IMG/VR virus record: IMGVR_UViG_3300042542_006078
DNA from: a virus
Lineage: Duplodnaviria > Caudoviricetes
Direction: 5' to 3' (one strand)
DNA length: 64,000 bases
Under the pieces are notes generated by a model, which was given only the letters and a program-made list of their open reading frames with translations, had not been told where the DNA came from and did not search any database. This document shows positions 63,681 to 64,000 of the stretch, piece after piece (within the stretch, counting starts at the first letter, position 1; each line of letters starts with the position of its first letter). The translations under genes and the position numbers were made by a program.

Positions 63681-64000
63681 ATGAGAAGCATGATGCTTTT
63701 GGTTGTTCTAGTAGCAGGTTGTTCTTGCTTAAACAAAAATAATGATTTACCACCAAACTGCACAATCATCTATCCCGGCCCAAGAAGGATAGTTGAAACA
63801 CTACCTCCTCCTGAATTATATCAGGATAGAGACTTACCACCAGCAGGTCCACCAATACCATTAAATACTGTTCCTGCTCCTGCAATGCCAACAGGAAGAG
63901 TCAAGGTCATCGAAGTAAGACCAATTCACATTTATCCACCATTGCCTCCTGATCTCCCAGAATGGCAAGAACCAAAGATCATAATCCCCAAAGATGGTAA
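63681..64000 (+). CDS. Proline-rich lipoprotein, runs off the window end (not in ORF track)
   Basis: SD AGGAG; MRSMMLLVVLVAG-C lipobox; open frame to base 64000. Confidence 0.7.
   Translation, partial: MRSMMLLVVLVAGCSCLNKNNDLPPNCTIIYPGPRRIVETLPPPELYQDRDLPPAGPPIPLNTVPAPAMPTGRVKVIEVRPIHIYPPLPPDLPEWQEPKIIIPKDG

Noticed and set aside
1-64000. Stop-codon reassignment, as in some huge phages
   Set aside because: Recognisable genes are full length and densely packed in the standard code; TAA, TAG and TGA all end genes at sensible positions

Overview
64 kb segment of a large, AT-rich, T4-like (jumbo/huge) phage genome, read in the standard genetic code. No capsid, terminase or polymerase gene is in the window, so the phage call is an inference from gene content, T4-type late promoter cores and T4-like capsid-targeting leaders. 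Left and middle (0-47 kb): an intron-split tRNA-Ile(UAU), two sigma70-like proteins, a SNF2 helicase, an acyl carrier protein, a dispersed sugar-modification toolkit (PseB-like dehydratase, DegT aminotransferase, GNAT and hexapeptide acetyltransferases, 7 glycosyltransferases of which 5 are tandem paralogs, 2 methyltransferases, a sulfotransferase-like protein), and many proteins with an N-terminal M-x-F-x-E/D-W-x-x-x-E leader (nucleotidyltransferase, kinase-like, ADP-ribosyltransferase-like, ankyrin, HA-repeat nuclease). A 1.5 kb non-coding AT-rich region at 47.05-48.56 kb shows a strand-composition switch and CACAAT repeats (candidate replication origin). Right (48.6-64 kb): a plus-strand, probably early, region punctuated by a 35-bp promoter-like motif (13 copies in the window) and a hairpin-plus-RBS cassette repeat. 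It holds a RuvB-like ATPase, a four-gene ubiquitin-like module (E2-D, JAB, E1/ThiF, Ubl), a SAM-lyase-like protein and tRNA-Lys(UUU). All protein family calls are by-eye motif recognition; no database search was run.
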